Shown in pieces: positions 49,189 to 58,594 of a DNA stretch of 64,000 nucleotides. This DNA is from Myxococcota bacterium (lineage in GTDB: Bacteria > Myxococcota_A > SURF-8): assembly GCA_965140415.1 (NCBI GenBank), contig OZ223209.1:3584001-3648000 (forward strand), read 5' to 3'. The notes below the pieces were generated by a model, which saw only the letters and a program-made list of their open reading frames with translations, did no database searches and was not told the DNA's origin. Position 1 is the first letter of the stretch; every line of letters begins with the position of its first letter. Position numbers and translations under genes: made by a program.

Positions 49189-51042
49189 GTGATATCGATT
49201 CGTACCTTTAAACAATTCCGATTATACCTGCTTGCCGGTCTGCTGCTGGCGCTGGCGCAAAGCGGCTGTTTCACCGGCTCGCCAGATCCTATCGAAACGG
49301 ATGGAGACGACGTACGGGTCACTCCAGAAGAAGGCGGGACGCTGGTCAGTTCCGATGGACGGGCTATCGTGCAATTCGTTGCAGGAACCGTTTCTCGGCC
49401 CACAACCTTTTCGATTTCGATCATCCCGAAAAAGAACTACCCGGATCAATACTTCCTTCAAAGCGATGTCTACCAGATCGAGCCGACACTACCACTGAAC
49501 CAAAGCGTTCGCGTGATCCTCGACATGGAAGATATGGGCAGTACGGAAAATGGTCTGGTTGACTATTACAACCAGAATGCATTGACCATGCGCGAAATGT
49601 TACCGTCGCAGGCTCCACGCTTCCTCTCCGTTGACGAGGGCAGCATTGACGGTGCCGATGGAAAAAAACACCGCGTTTTGGTATTTGAAACCGATCAACT
49701 TGGAGCTTACGGTGTTTTCTTGCACGACTGCTTCATGATGTGCCAGAAAACCGTTACCTGCGATAGTTTCCTTGGAAACCCGGATCTATCCAAGCGAGAA
49801 CAAATCCAAGCCTGTATGCAGGACTTCGGCTGTCTTGACGATCTGGAAAAGATGAACCGAGAAGACACCCTGGCAACATTCGACTGCTCCGCTCATCATC
49901 CCTGCAAGGATTCCTTCGGTTGCTGCCTGGAAGAAACCCACTGCGAAGTTCCTGTAGACGGCGACCCGGACCAAATCGACGGCGATACAGACGGCGATCA
50001 ACCCGATGGCGACCAGCCTGATGGCGACTTGCCTGATGGAGATATGGACAGCATCGACGCCGATCAGGATCTGGTGGATGGCGATCAGCCCTCCTACTCT
50101 CCCAAGCTCTGCCAAAGCGACGACGACTGCTCGACTTCCGAAACCTGTGCAAAATCCTCCATGCTGGGCGACGATGGTTATTGCCTTACCGTGAGTACTC
50201 GTGAGATGGAAACCTACTCGCTTGTCCAGGATGTTTGGACACCGATGAACACTCGGCCCAACATCGATTGTGTTGGAGATCTTCCGATCAAGGGCACAAC
50301 CGGTCTGAACGCTTTCGATCTGAAGGTAACGGTCGACCCCTTCTGGGGTCTGGATGATCCCAGTGGCATCGAAATTAGAGTGTACGAAGAAAGCAATTTG
50401 ACCACGCCGTTGGTGTACGGCGAGACCGATTCGAACGGCTCGGTAACGTTCGCTCAGATTTACGCAGACAAATGGCTGATGATCCGCGCCGAACGCCAGG
50501 ATGACGACGAAAGCAAGCACATTATGCCAACCTACCACTGGGGCAACTTCATTACGCGAGCCCGTGCACAAACCCAAATGGATTCGGCAGGATACGTTGA
50601 ATTGACCGTTCATCCTCTGGATGAACGACGCTACAATCTGTTCGGTAAAACGCTGGGCTTGGGAGATACCGTTCCCAGCGGCAGCGGAATGATTCTAGGT
50701 CAAGTGGCCGATTGCCGCAATCCTACGCCCTATTCCATTGCCAATACGACCGTCAGCTACCAGGAAATCGTACCGACGGCGCATGGGTATTTCAGCAGCA
50801 ATGCCACACAACCCGCTCCCGATCCACGGCAAAGCATCAGCAATAAGAACGGGTTGTTTATCAGTGTGTTCGATAAAGCAGCTATCGACACGCTACCAGA
50901 AAACCTGATTTCCGCCTTTGCCGTTGGAATTTCGGAACTTACCGGAACTCCGATATTGGAAGTGGCAGGCATAAGCTACAGCGATCAGTTGCGCATTCAA
51001 TCGGATTCTATTTCCATTGTGCGCTTCAATTCGTATGATTAG
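49189..51042 (+). CDS. Lipoprotein: ZU5-like domain, Cys-rich module, DGD linker and C-terminal beta-rich region
   Basis: GTG after GGAGG; lipobox QSGC; VTPEEGGTLVSSDG...SDVYQIEP; seven DGD units mid-protein. Confidence 0.75.
   Translation: MISIRTFKQFRLYLLAGLLLALAQSGCFTGSPDPIETDGDDVRVTPEEGGTLVSSDGRAIVQFVAGTVSRPTTFSISIIPKKNYPDQYFLQSDVYQIEPTLPLNQSVRVILDMEDMGSTENGLVDYYNQNALTMREMLPSQAPRFLSVDEGSIDGADGKKHRVLVFETDQLGAYGVFLHDCFMMCQKTVTCDSFLGNPDLSKREQIQACMQDFGCLDDLEKMNREDTLATFDCSAHHPCKDSFGCCLEETHCEVPVDGDPDQIDGDTDGDQPDGDQPDGDLPDGDMDSIDADQDLVDGDQPSYSPKLCQSDDDCSTSETCAKSSMLGDDGYCLTVSTREMETYSLVQDVWTPMNTRPNIDCVGDLPIKGTTGLNAFDLKVTVDPFWGLDDPSGIEIRVYEESNLTTPLVYGETDSNGSVTFAQIYADKWLMIRAERQDDDESKHIMPTYHWGNFITRARAQTQMDSAGYVELTVHPLDERRYNLFGKTLGLGDTVPSGSGMILGQVADCRNPTPYSIANTTVSYQEIVPTAHGYFSSNATQPAPDPRQSISNKNGLFISVFDKAAIDTLPENLISAFAVGISELTGTPILEVAGISYSDQLRIQSDSISIVRFNSYD
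49957..50085 (+). repeat. Coding low-complexity repeat: seven Asp-Gly-Asp units
   Basis: DGDPDQIDGDTDGDQPDGDQPDGDLPDGDMDSIDADQDLVDGD. Confidence 0.9.
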
Positions 51043-51061
51043 AGCCCAGGGCTGGGCTTTT
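51043..51061 (+). terminator. Short terminator-like hairpin between the two lipoprotein genes
   Basis: AGCCCA-GGGC-TGGGCT-TTT directly after the stop codon. Confidence 0.5.
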
Positions 51062-51133
51062 AGTATTAAGAATTCAGCATCTTAGGATCCACACCACTTA
51101 CTTTAAACAGCAGTTGTTTTAGGAGTAATTAAT

Positions 51134-53935
51134 ATGAACCGATTAGCAGGATTCATGGCGTTGTGCATCTTCAGCCTTGGCTTGATGGCGTTTGGCTGCA
51201 CCGGTGGCAGCGATGCAGGCATCACTGTCGATGGAGACGATGAAAGCAGTTCCGATGGCGACACCATAGACGGAGACGGAGAATTCGACACGGAGAATTC
51301 CGGTCCGACCGAAACGAAATGCGAAATGGTGAAAAACGTCAATGACGTGGATCTCAAGGCGGAAGAAGGCGGTCTGATTCAAATCTGCGAGGCGGGCAAC
51401 CCACTGGACGCCGTCAAAATCAAAATCCCAAAGGATTCTCTGCTTAACGACACCCACGTCACCATCTCTCAGAATCCAACCGATTTAGCCCTCGAAGGTT
51501 GGATACCGGTAGGAATTCCTGTCAAATTCGGGGCAAGCAGTGAGGGAGAAGTCAGCATTACAGGCGACTGTGAGATGATCATCCCCTTCAATGTCGATGA
51601 CCTGCCGGATGGAGCCAACAACTATCACATCAACATTCTGTTCTTACCCGAACACGTTGATGGCGTTACAAGTCCGGTGTTCATCCCGAAAACGGAAACC
51701 TCGATCGCTATTGACCGTACCGAGGAACTGCTCTATTTCCAGAACAACTATTTCGGTGTGTACCAGGCGTTCACCCCCAGTGAAATCTTGCCACCCACCA
51801 CTCGACGCTTCTCCTACCGCGGCCTGGCGGGAATCTCCATGGGCGGCGGCGCTGCGGCCATGACCGGCTTCCGCTATCCGGAAAAATTCGACGTACTTGG
51901 ACCGATGGGCGGTATTGCCGATACTACCTACCTGATGGGATTGATGCACGATTTTCATATGGGTGGTTTCTGTGATTACGAAACGATCACAGCCCATGAA
52001 GGCTACGACTCAATCGATGCCTTTGTAACCGATCTGGATGCGCAGTGCGGCTATTGCGGTCCACAGACGGTTCCAACCGCCTGGTCCACTCCAGTCAACA
52101 AATGCTACATGACAGAGCCGCGTGAGATGTACTCCCGAGACGAGCATGCACAAGGCTTTAACCACTGGTACTACGACGACAATGGTGGCAACTTCAACCG
52201 CGACTCGTATGTTGACCTGTTCCGCGATCTGTCATGGGGATATGGCAACCCAACCTCTTACAATCCAGAGTCATCGTTCTTCCCCGCCGGACTTCAGGGC
52301 GACGACCTGCAATGGTATTTGGATAACATATACGATCCCTTCGATGACAAAGTCGGATGTACGCAATTGGCAGACCGTATGCTGACCAATCCAATCCGAA
52401 ACCTGTACGATCGCGAATACAACCCAACAGCGGAATATCCGGTAATCGTATTCTGCGACGGTGTCTCCAACAGCAATCCACAAGAAACCGATCGTATCGG
52501 GGATTGGTATCCTGGAATTGATCCAGGAGCCCGCAGCCAGCGACTCGACATTGGAATAGCTGTAGACTTCAATGAAAACGGCGTACGTGATTACGGTGAA
52601 CCCGTGATTCGTCAGTTCTGGGAACCCTACGAAGATTGCGGTGTGGATGCGCTATGCAATGAACAGGAAGCCGGCTACGATGCCGAATCGAATCCGGACC
52701 CAGCAGGCGATGATTACAACCCCTATACGAATCCGACCGGAACGGAAAACGACGGTCTACACCAGGATGAAGAAACCTTCCTGGACTACGGTCTAGACGG
52801 CGTAGCCTGTCCGGTCGGTGCAGGCGAAACCATCGCGGAAAAATGCCCCTTCGACTATGGTGAAGGTAATGGTGTATTCGACAACAACCCGAATGTAGAC
52901 AATTTCTTTGCAAATGATTCCCGCGTGAATATCCAAAAGGCGGATGTGGACACCATCAAGCGTCTAAACGTCTGGATCGATGGCGGTATTAGGGACATTT
53001 TCAACTTCGGGCTCATGGGTGACAACCTCGGTGCGACACTGGATGCCAAACTGGCCGGCGAAGGATTTCCTACGGAGAAATATCAGGGATTTGCATCCTT
53101 GACTACGCCATCTCCTGCAACGATCAACGATTTCAACTTCCTGAAGGTGGACTTCGCCCATCTCGGTCAAAATGTGATGTTACGCTATGGCGACTACAAT
53201 GCCACCGACTCCATGATCACCGGCGGCGACGGACGACATGTAGGCTACATTCCTCAAGTGGTCTATCGCGTACAGACCTTCTACGCCTTCGCCAATGTTC
53301 ACTTTGCCAACGGCGACTATTCCCCGGTGGAAGACTACAGCCCTGCGAACCTGTTGCTGAAGCTTCGTTTCGATTCCGAAGTCATGGGTCGCGAAGTCAA
53401 ATACTCCGTCGCACTGCCGCCGGGTTATTTCACCAACAATACGGAAGCAGCTGAAGAAGGATTGCCTCATCAATGCGTAGACCGCTACCCAGTGGTTTAC
53501 CTGATGCACGGTTACGGCCAGAAGCCGGAAGATCTTGCCATCGCCCTGGGTATTCTGTTCGGTTATACCGCCAGCGGAACTTTCCAGAAAATCATCACGG
53601 TTTTCCCGGATGGCAAGTGCAATTCGCCGGGTCTGTGTCGTAGCGATTGTGAAAAAGACTGTAACTCGGCCATCGATAAGGAAACCTGCTACAACGATTG
53701 CATCACCGAACGTGATTGTGAAAACGTGCTGACCGAATGTGGACGCGGCAATTTCTACGCCAATCATCAAACCGTGGCGGAAGACCCTATCGAAGGCAAA
53801 GCCGGAGCGGATTTCCAACAGGCTCAAATCGAAGACGGCATGCTGGAACTGTTCGACTTTATCGACACGAACTACTGCACCAAGCGTGAAGAAGTCGTCG
53901 AAGTGGACGGCAAAACGCTGGACGATTTGTACTAA
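51134..53935 (+). CDS. Lipoprotein with a ZU5-like domain and an apparently circularly permuted alpha/beta-hydrolase (putative esterase family)
   Basis: AGGAG RBS; lipobox AFGC; GISMGG, WIDGGIRD, GDGRHVG; C-terminal FDSEVMGREVKYSVALPPGY, YPVVYLMHGYG, ITVFPDG, FIDTNY. Confidence 0.8.
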   Translation: MNRLAGFMALCIFSLGLMAFGCTGGSDAGITVDGDDESSSDGDTIDGDGEFDTENSGPTETKCEMVKNVNDVDLKAEEGGLIQICEAGNPLDAVKIKIPKDSLLNDTHVTISQNPTDLALEGWIPVGIPVKFGASSEGEVSITGDCEMIIPFNVDDLPDGANNYHINILFLPEHVDGVTSPVFIPKTETSIAIDRTEELLYFQNNYFGVYQAFTPSEILPPTTRRFSYRGLAGISMGGGAAAMTGFRYPEKFDVLGPMGGIADTTYLMGLMHDFHMGGFCDYETITAHEGYDSIDAFVTDLDAQCGYCGPQTVPTAWSTPVNKCYMTEPREMYSRDEHAQGFNHWYYDDNGGNFNRDSYVDLFRDLSWGYGNPTSYNPESSFFPAGLQGDDLQWYLDNIYDPFDDKVGCTQLADRMLTNPIRNLYDREYNPTAEYPVIVFCDGVSNSNPQETDRIGDWYPGIDPGARSQRLDIGIAVDFNENGVRDYGEPVIRQFWEPYEDCGVDALCNEQEAGYDAESNPDPAGDDYNPYTNPTGTENDGLHQDEETFLDYGLDGVACPVGAGETIAEKCPFDYGEGNGVFDNNPNVDNFFANDSRVNIQKADVDTIKRLNVWIDGGIRDIFNFGLMGDNLGATLDAKLAGEGFPTEKYQGFASLTTPSPATINDFNFLKVDFAHLGQNVMLRYGDYNATDSMITGGDGRHVGYIPQVVYRVQTFYAFANVHFANGDYSPVEDYSPANLLLKLRFDSEVMGREVKYSVALPPGYFTNNTEAAEEGLPHQCVDRYPVVYLMHGYGQKPEDLAIALGILFGYTASGTFQKIITVFPDGKCNSPGLCRSDCEKDCNSAIDKETCYNDCITERDCENVLTECGRGNFYANHQTVAEDPIEGKAGADFQQAQIEDGMLELFDFIDTNYCTKREEVVEVDGKTLDDLY

Positions 53936-53975
53936 TCGAAGAGAAAGGGTTGGCCCAGCAATCGCAGCCCAATCA

Positions 53976-54686
53976 ATGTTGAAGCATCATACCCATGCGG
54001 ATCTGGTCGTCGTGGCCGCCATGCCATCGGAACTGGCTGCCACGACGATCCTTTTCGAAACCATCGACATTGTAGAAACCGAGGGTGGTACATGGCGATT
54101 GTTAGTCTCGCCGAAGGGAAAGATCATCTGGACAGCGACCTGCGGAATCCGGGCAAAGCACATTACCCCTTTGTTGCAAGCTCTAACTCGGCAAGTTGAC
54201 AACAAACAATTGTTTCTGGTGGGTTGTTGTGGAGCATTGACTCCTGAGCTGGAGCCAGGTGAAGCCATCATCGCCTCACATGTCGTAGAAACTCCGAGCG
54301 GAGCAATCCATTCCGTTTCAAATCATGGTAGCCAAAAGCTACAGCAAATCGCTCCCGATGCTCGTTTCGGCAAAGTGTTAACGGCAGAACATGTCGTCCA
54401 GAATGCTGAAGATAAATTGAAGCTCGGTCGTCAATTCGATTGCCTGGCAGTGGAAATGGAAGCCGCTATCGTGCTTAAGCAAACCCAAAAACTCGGTTTG
54501 AATATGAGTATGATACGTTGGACACTGGATCGAATGAACGAGGATATTGAAGCACAAGCAGAAAGCCGCGCTCCGATGGCAGCGAAAAAACAGTCCGATC
54601 AGGCGATAGCCTTTTCCGAGTTGAAACAACGTCTTGTCGGTCTGTCGGAAAAAACGCATGAGGTCATTGAGGCTTTACTGATATAA
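53976..54686 (+). CDS. Nucleoside phosphorylase / MTA-SAH nucleosidase superfamily protein
   Basis: VVAAMPSEL, CGI, VGCCGAL..LEPGE, GKVLT, AVEMEAA, IRWTLD; the start is uncertain. Confidence 0.8.
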   Translation: MLKHHTHADLVVVAAMPSELAATTILFETIDIVETEGGTWRLLVSPKGKIIWTATCGIRAKHITPLLQALTRQVDNKQLFLVGCCGALTPELEPGEAIIASHVVETPSGAIHSVSNHGSQKLQQIAPDARFGKVLTAEHVVQNAEDKLKLGRQFDCLAVEMEAAIVLKQTQKLGLNMSMIRWTLDRMNEDIEAQAESRAPMAAKKQSDQAIAFSELKQRLVGLSEKTHEVIEALLI

Positions 54687-54785
54687 TGAAAATGAAAAAG
54701 CCCGCGTCGGGCTTGACAAGCAAGCGGATTCATTCTAGAAATTGATAGACTTGGATTGTTATTGGATTCGCGAAGGGAGGACAAA

Positions 54786-55544
54786 ATGTCTCGTAACGTA
54801 TTGATTTCATTGTTTGTAGTCGTATTCATGACGCTTTCTTTCGCCGCCTGGGCTCAAGAAGACCCCGAAAAGCAGAGCGTCACGGAAGACGATCTGGAAA
54901 ACATGCTGAAAGCTGATCGCCCCGCGAAAAAAGAAAAAGCGGAAGAACCGAAAGGTGAAGAGAAAAAAGCAGAGGATCAAGCCGCAGCACCGGTTGAAGA
55001 AAAAGCGCAGAAAATCACCTATCCTGTTGACGAGCGCAAGATCAAAGTCGCCATCACCATGAAAAACGGAAAAACCATCAAAGGCGTCGTTAGACATTTT
55101 CTGGTTTCCGAAAAGGTCATCGATCACATGGCCGAAATGAACTACTCGCTCTCAGACGGTCCTACGGTTCGCTATAAAATGGATGAGTTCTCCCTTCCCT
55201 GGGATAAAATCCGGTCGATTGAATTTGCGAAAAGAAACAAGGAAAACGGAGAGATCAGCTGTGTAGAAGTATCCGATATTTCGCCGGATCGTTTCGAATG
55301 CATCATGCAGAACGAATACAACGCCACCAGCAAAGACAAAACCAAAAAAGGCGCTCATATCATCCTGAACAAGGAAGTATTCCGCTTTGTCATCGACACA
55401 GGTAAAGGAATCGTCAACGTAGACAGTCACCTAGGTAAAGTGAAAATCACCAACGAGCGTGATGAAAGCCGTAACGCCAAAGCGATGGAAAAAGAATTGC
55501 GCGACGTATTTAAAACGTCCATCCTGAAAATAGCGTTCAACTAA
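54786..55544 (+). CDS. Exported hypothetical protein
   Basis: GGAGG RBS; signal peptide ending AWA; Lys/Glu-rich linker followed by a beta-rich domain with two Cys. Confidence 0.75.
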   Translation: MSRNVLISLFVVVFMTLSFAAWAQEDPEKQSVTEDDLENMLKADRPAKKEKAEEPKGEEKKAEDQAAAPVEEKAQKITYPVDERKIKVAITMKNGKTIKGVVRHFLVSEKVIDHMAEMNYSLSDGPTVRYKMDEFSLPWDKIRSIEFAKRNKENGEISCVEVSDISPDRFECIMQNEYNATSKDKTKKGAHIILNKEVFRFVIDTGKGIVNVDSHLGKVKITNERDESRNAKAMEKELRDVFKTSILKIAFN

Positions 55545-55572
55545 GCAGCAACAAGCACCCCCGAAATCAATT

Positions 55573-55604
55573 CGGCCACTCCCGATGGGGTGGCCGTTTT
55601 CTTT
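55573..55604 (+). terminator. Intrinsic terminator
   Basis: CGGCCACTCC-CGAT-GGGGTGGCCG-TTTTCTTT. Confidence 0.85.
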
Positions 55605-55624
55605 CCGAGCATGATGAGGCTCTC

Positions 55625-57001
55625 GTGTTATTGCAACGTGTTCGCCATTTTTGTGAGACTTCCAATCTGCTGCGTCCGTCAGACCGGGTGCTGATTGCAG
55701 TCAGTGGAGGTGTGGATTCAGTTGTGCTGCTGGATCTGCTCCATCACATGGCGCACCCGATGTCACTATCTTTGGCAATTGGTCACATCAACCACGCCAT
55801 GCGCGGCAAGGCGGCAGATGATGACCAGCAGTTCGTTCGCGAATTGTCACAACAATATGACATCCCTTACTTCGATACGAAATTAGACCCAAAACACTGG
55901 GATGAACCGGGCAATCGGCAAGCCAAAGCAAGAGAGTTGCGCTATGAAGCTCTACAAGGTTGGGCGAAACAGCACGAATTCAATCTGATCGCCACGGCAC
56001 ACCAAGCCGACGATCAGGCGGAAACGGTTCTGGCACGACTGGTACGAGGTGCGGGGCTGGACGGACTTGCCGGAATTTCCTCAAAACGCGGCAACATCAT
56101 TCGCCCATTGTTGACGATTCCCCGTACCGAAATTGAAGAATATGCCAAGCAACATAGGTTGCAATGGCATGAAGACGGCAGCAACCAGTCTCTGCATTAC
56201 TCCAGAAACCGCATCCGCCATCAAGTGATGCCGGAACTTGTCACCCTGAACACAAATGCCATCCAACACCTTGCACAAGCCGCAGATAGAGCAAGGTTGG
56301 CACAACAGGCGCTTACAGAATACGCTCGGTTGCATCTGGCGCAGCGTCTGCACGTTCATGCACCTAAACATATATCACTATCGGTAGAAAGCATCGGCGC
56401 GCTTCCCAAAGGGTTGCGAACGGCGATGTATCGAGAACTCCTGCTCGCATTCGACATCAATGGTGGTTATCCCCCAGACGCGCGCCTTATCGAAGAATTG
56501 GATAACGCCGCACAAAAACCTCATTCCATCGATGCTCGCAGCCTGCTGCCGGGTCTTGTCATCGAAGGCAGTCCTGGTCGATTGATTTTCAGAGATACCC
56601 TTCCCGAACCTCCACTTCCTTTCGAAATCGAAATAAAAGAAGGCTTTACCGATCTGCCAGCCGGACACATTCTGATGCGGCGCATCTCACCTGATCAGGT
56701 GCCACCGTTTATTGCCTCGGACAGCGCATACTTCGATGAAAACCTTCTTGCAATGCCATTGCGATTACGTTCGCGCCGCCCAGGCGACCGGATGCGTTTA
56801 CCCAATGTTGGGGAACGCAAGATCAAGCGCATTATGATCGACGCCAAATGGCCGCGTTCAAGACGGCAAAATACGCCGTTGTTGTGCGATCGGAACAATA
56901 TTCTGTGGATCGCTGGATTGCGCCGTGGGGAACACGCTTTAGTAACGGATCGAAGCACATCGATACTGGCGCTTACCTACCTGCCGGATAACTGGGAGTA
57001 A
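55625..57001 (+). CDS. tilS: tRNA(Ile)-lysidine synthetase
   Basis: PP-loop SGGVDS, HINH, ARELRY, AHQADDQAET, IIRPLL, RNRIRH; C-terminal RRPGDR. Confidence 0.96.
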   Translation: MLLQRVRHFCETSNLLRPSDRVLIAVSGGVDSVVLLDLLHHMAHPMSLSLAIGHINHAMRGKAADDDQQFVRELSQQYDIPYFDTKLDPKHWDEPGNRQAKARELRYEALQGWAKQHEFNLIATAHQADDQAETVLARLVRGAGLDGLAGISSKRGNIIRPLLTIPRTEIEEYAKQHRLQWHEDGSNQSLHYSRNRIRHQVMPELVTLNTNAIQHLAQAADRARLAQQALTEYARLHLAQRLHVHAPKHISLSVESIGALPKGLRTAMYRELLLAFDINGGYPPDARLIEELDNAAQKPHSIDARSLLPGLVIEGSPGRLIFRDTLPEPPLPFEIEIKEGFTDLPAGHILMRRISPDQVPPFIASDSAYFDENLLAMPLRLRSRRPGDRMRLPNVGERKIKRIMIDAKWPRSRRQNTPLLCDRNNILWIAGLRRGEHALVTDRSTSILALTYLPDNWE

Positions 57002-57101
57002 TAGGGGATAAAGAATTGACGCCCTTCGCTTTGTTGTGTATTACGGTACTTCACGATGCAACATGGTGCAGTTAAAAGGTGAAAGCCGGGTGATAGTATA
57101 G

Positions 57102-58436
57102 ATGTCGTTGGAACGCTTTATCAGCCTGCGCTATTTGAAAGCGCGAAACGTCCGCTCCTTTATGTCCACGATTTCCATCATTTCGATTGGCGGCGTGATG
57201 GTGGGTGTTTGTGCACTGCTGGTAATCCTCTCCGTCATGGAAGGCTACGAAGCCGATCTAAGCCAGCGCCTCATCGGAATGAACGCCCACGGCAATCTGT
57301 ATAAAATCACATATGGCTTTGGCGAATACCCCCAAGTCATTGAAAAACTGGAAGCCATGCCGGAAGTAAAGGCAGCCACACCTTTTATTTTGCGTGAAGG
57401 CATGATTAGTTCGGAGGAAGAGGTTTCCGGGGCGCTGATCAAAGGAATCGACATCGACAGCACACGAGAGGTCACCACGCTGGCGGAACAACTTACCTCC
57501 GGTTCCTTGGAATCGTTGGAAAAGCCAGAACAATTGCTGGCCGATACTCAAGTAAAAGTCAAAGAGCAGGAAAAAGAAGGACGACCGGATCGTTCTTTTT
57601 ACACGCGCACAAAACGCCGTTATGGAGAACAGGTGCTGCCGGGAATCGTCATTGGAGAAGAACTGGCGAACTTCCTGAAAGTCGGCGTAGGCGATGAAGT
57701 CAACCTCGTCAATCCACTTGGAGGCGGTTTGGGAGCGGCGGGTCCGATTCCAAGTAATCAATATTTTAGAATTGCCGCGATTTTCAGCAGCGGCATGTTC
57801 GACTACGACATGAAATTCTGCTTTACGACCTTGAAAGCATTACAAGAATTCGCCGACATGGATACGAACATCACCGGCATCGAATTCAAAGTGTACCCCG
57901 AATATGTATATTCCACCCATGAAATCAGCCGGAAAATCGTAAAAGAATTAGGGGGCTTTCCCTATCAGGTGCGGGACTGGCGCGACATGAACCGCAATTT
58001 GTTCGCCGCATTGAAACTGCAACGCATTGTCATGTTTCTCATCCTCTGCATAATCATCCTGGTGGCTTCCTTCGGCATCGCCTCCACCTTGATTATGATC
58101 GTACTGGAAAAGAACAAGGAAATCGCGATTTTGAAGTCACTCGGCGCATCTCGCATCAGCATTATGAAAATCTTTATGTACGATGGTCTTATTATCGGAC
58201 TGATCGGCACCATTGCCGGAATCGGATTGGGACTGCTTCTTTGCCAGATTATTCCCGCTATCAATTATGAACTGGATTCAGCTATTTACGCCATCAAACG
58301 CCTTCCTGTAAAAGTAGAAGGGATAAACGTATTACTTGTTGCGATAAGCGCACTGGCCATTTCCTGGGTGGCAACCCTGTATCCATCCTTCAAAGCTGCG
58401 GGGCTTAACCCGGTAGACGGCCTGAGAAACGACTGA
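57102..58436 (+). CDS. LolC/E-family lipoprotein-releasing ABC permease
   Basis: ISLRYL, SIGGVMVGVCALLVILSVMEG, DWRDMN, EKNKEIAILKSLGA, YPSFKAA..NPVDGLR. Confidence 0.9.
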   Translation: MSLERFISLRYLKARNVRSFMSTISIISIGGVMVGVCALLVILSVMEGYEADLSQRLIGMNAHGNLYKITYGFGEYPQVIEKLEAMPEVKAATPFILREGMISSEEEVSGALIKGIDIDSTREVTTLAEQLTSGSLESLEKPEQLLADTQVKVKEQEKEGRPDRSFYTRTKRRYGEQVLPGIVIGEELANFLKVGVGDEVNLVNPLGGGLGAAGPIPSNQYFRIAAIFSSGMFDYDMKFCFTTLKALQEFADMDTNITGIEFKVYPEYVYSTHEISRKIVKELGGFPYQVRDWRDMNRNLFAALKLQRIVMFLILCIIILVASFGIASTLIMIVLEKNKEIAILKSLGASRISIMKIFMYDGLIIGLIGTIAGIGLGLLLCQIIPAINYELDSAIYAIKRLPVKVEGINVLLVAISALAISWVATLYPSFKAAGLNPVDGLRND

Positions 58437-58594
58437 ATTTCATTGTTTCAGTAAACTTAGCGCCATTTCGTCTATTCATGTTCTCGTATAAAAACTCGTT
58501 TCTGAGATATTGAGCTTCACGTTGAAATGTGGTAGTCTCGGCGTGTTTTTTCGAGACGAAATTACGAAACGAATCAAATCAGGAGTCCACTGTC

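Noticed and set aside
53739-53975. Upstream extension of the nucleosidase-like ORF
   Set aside because: It overlaps the esterase C-terminus; family motifs begin after 53976.
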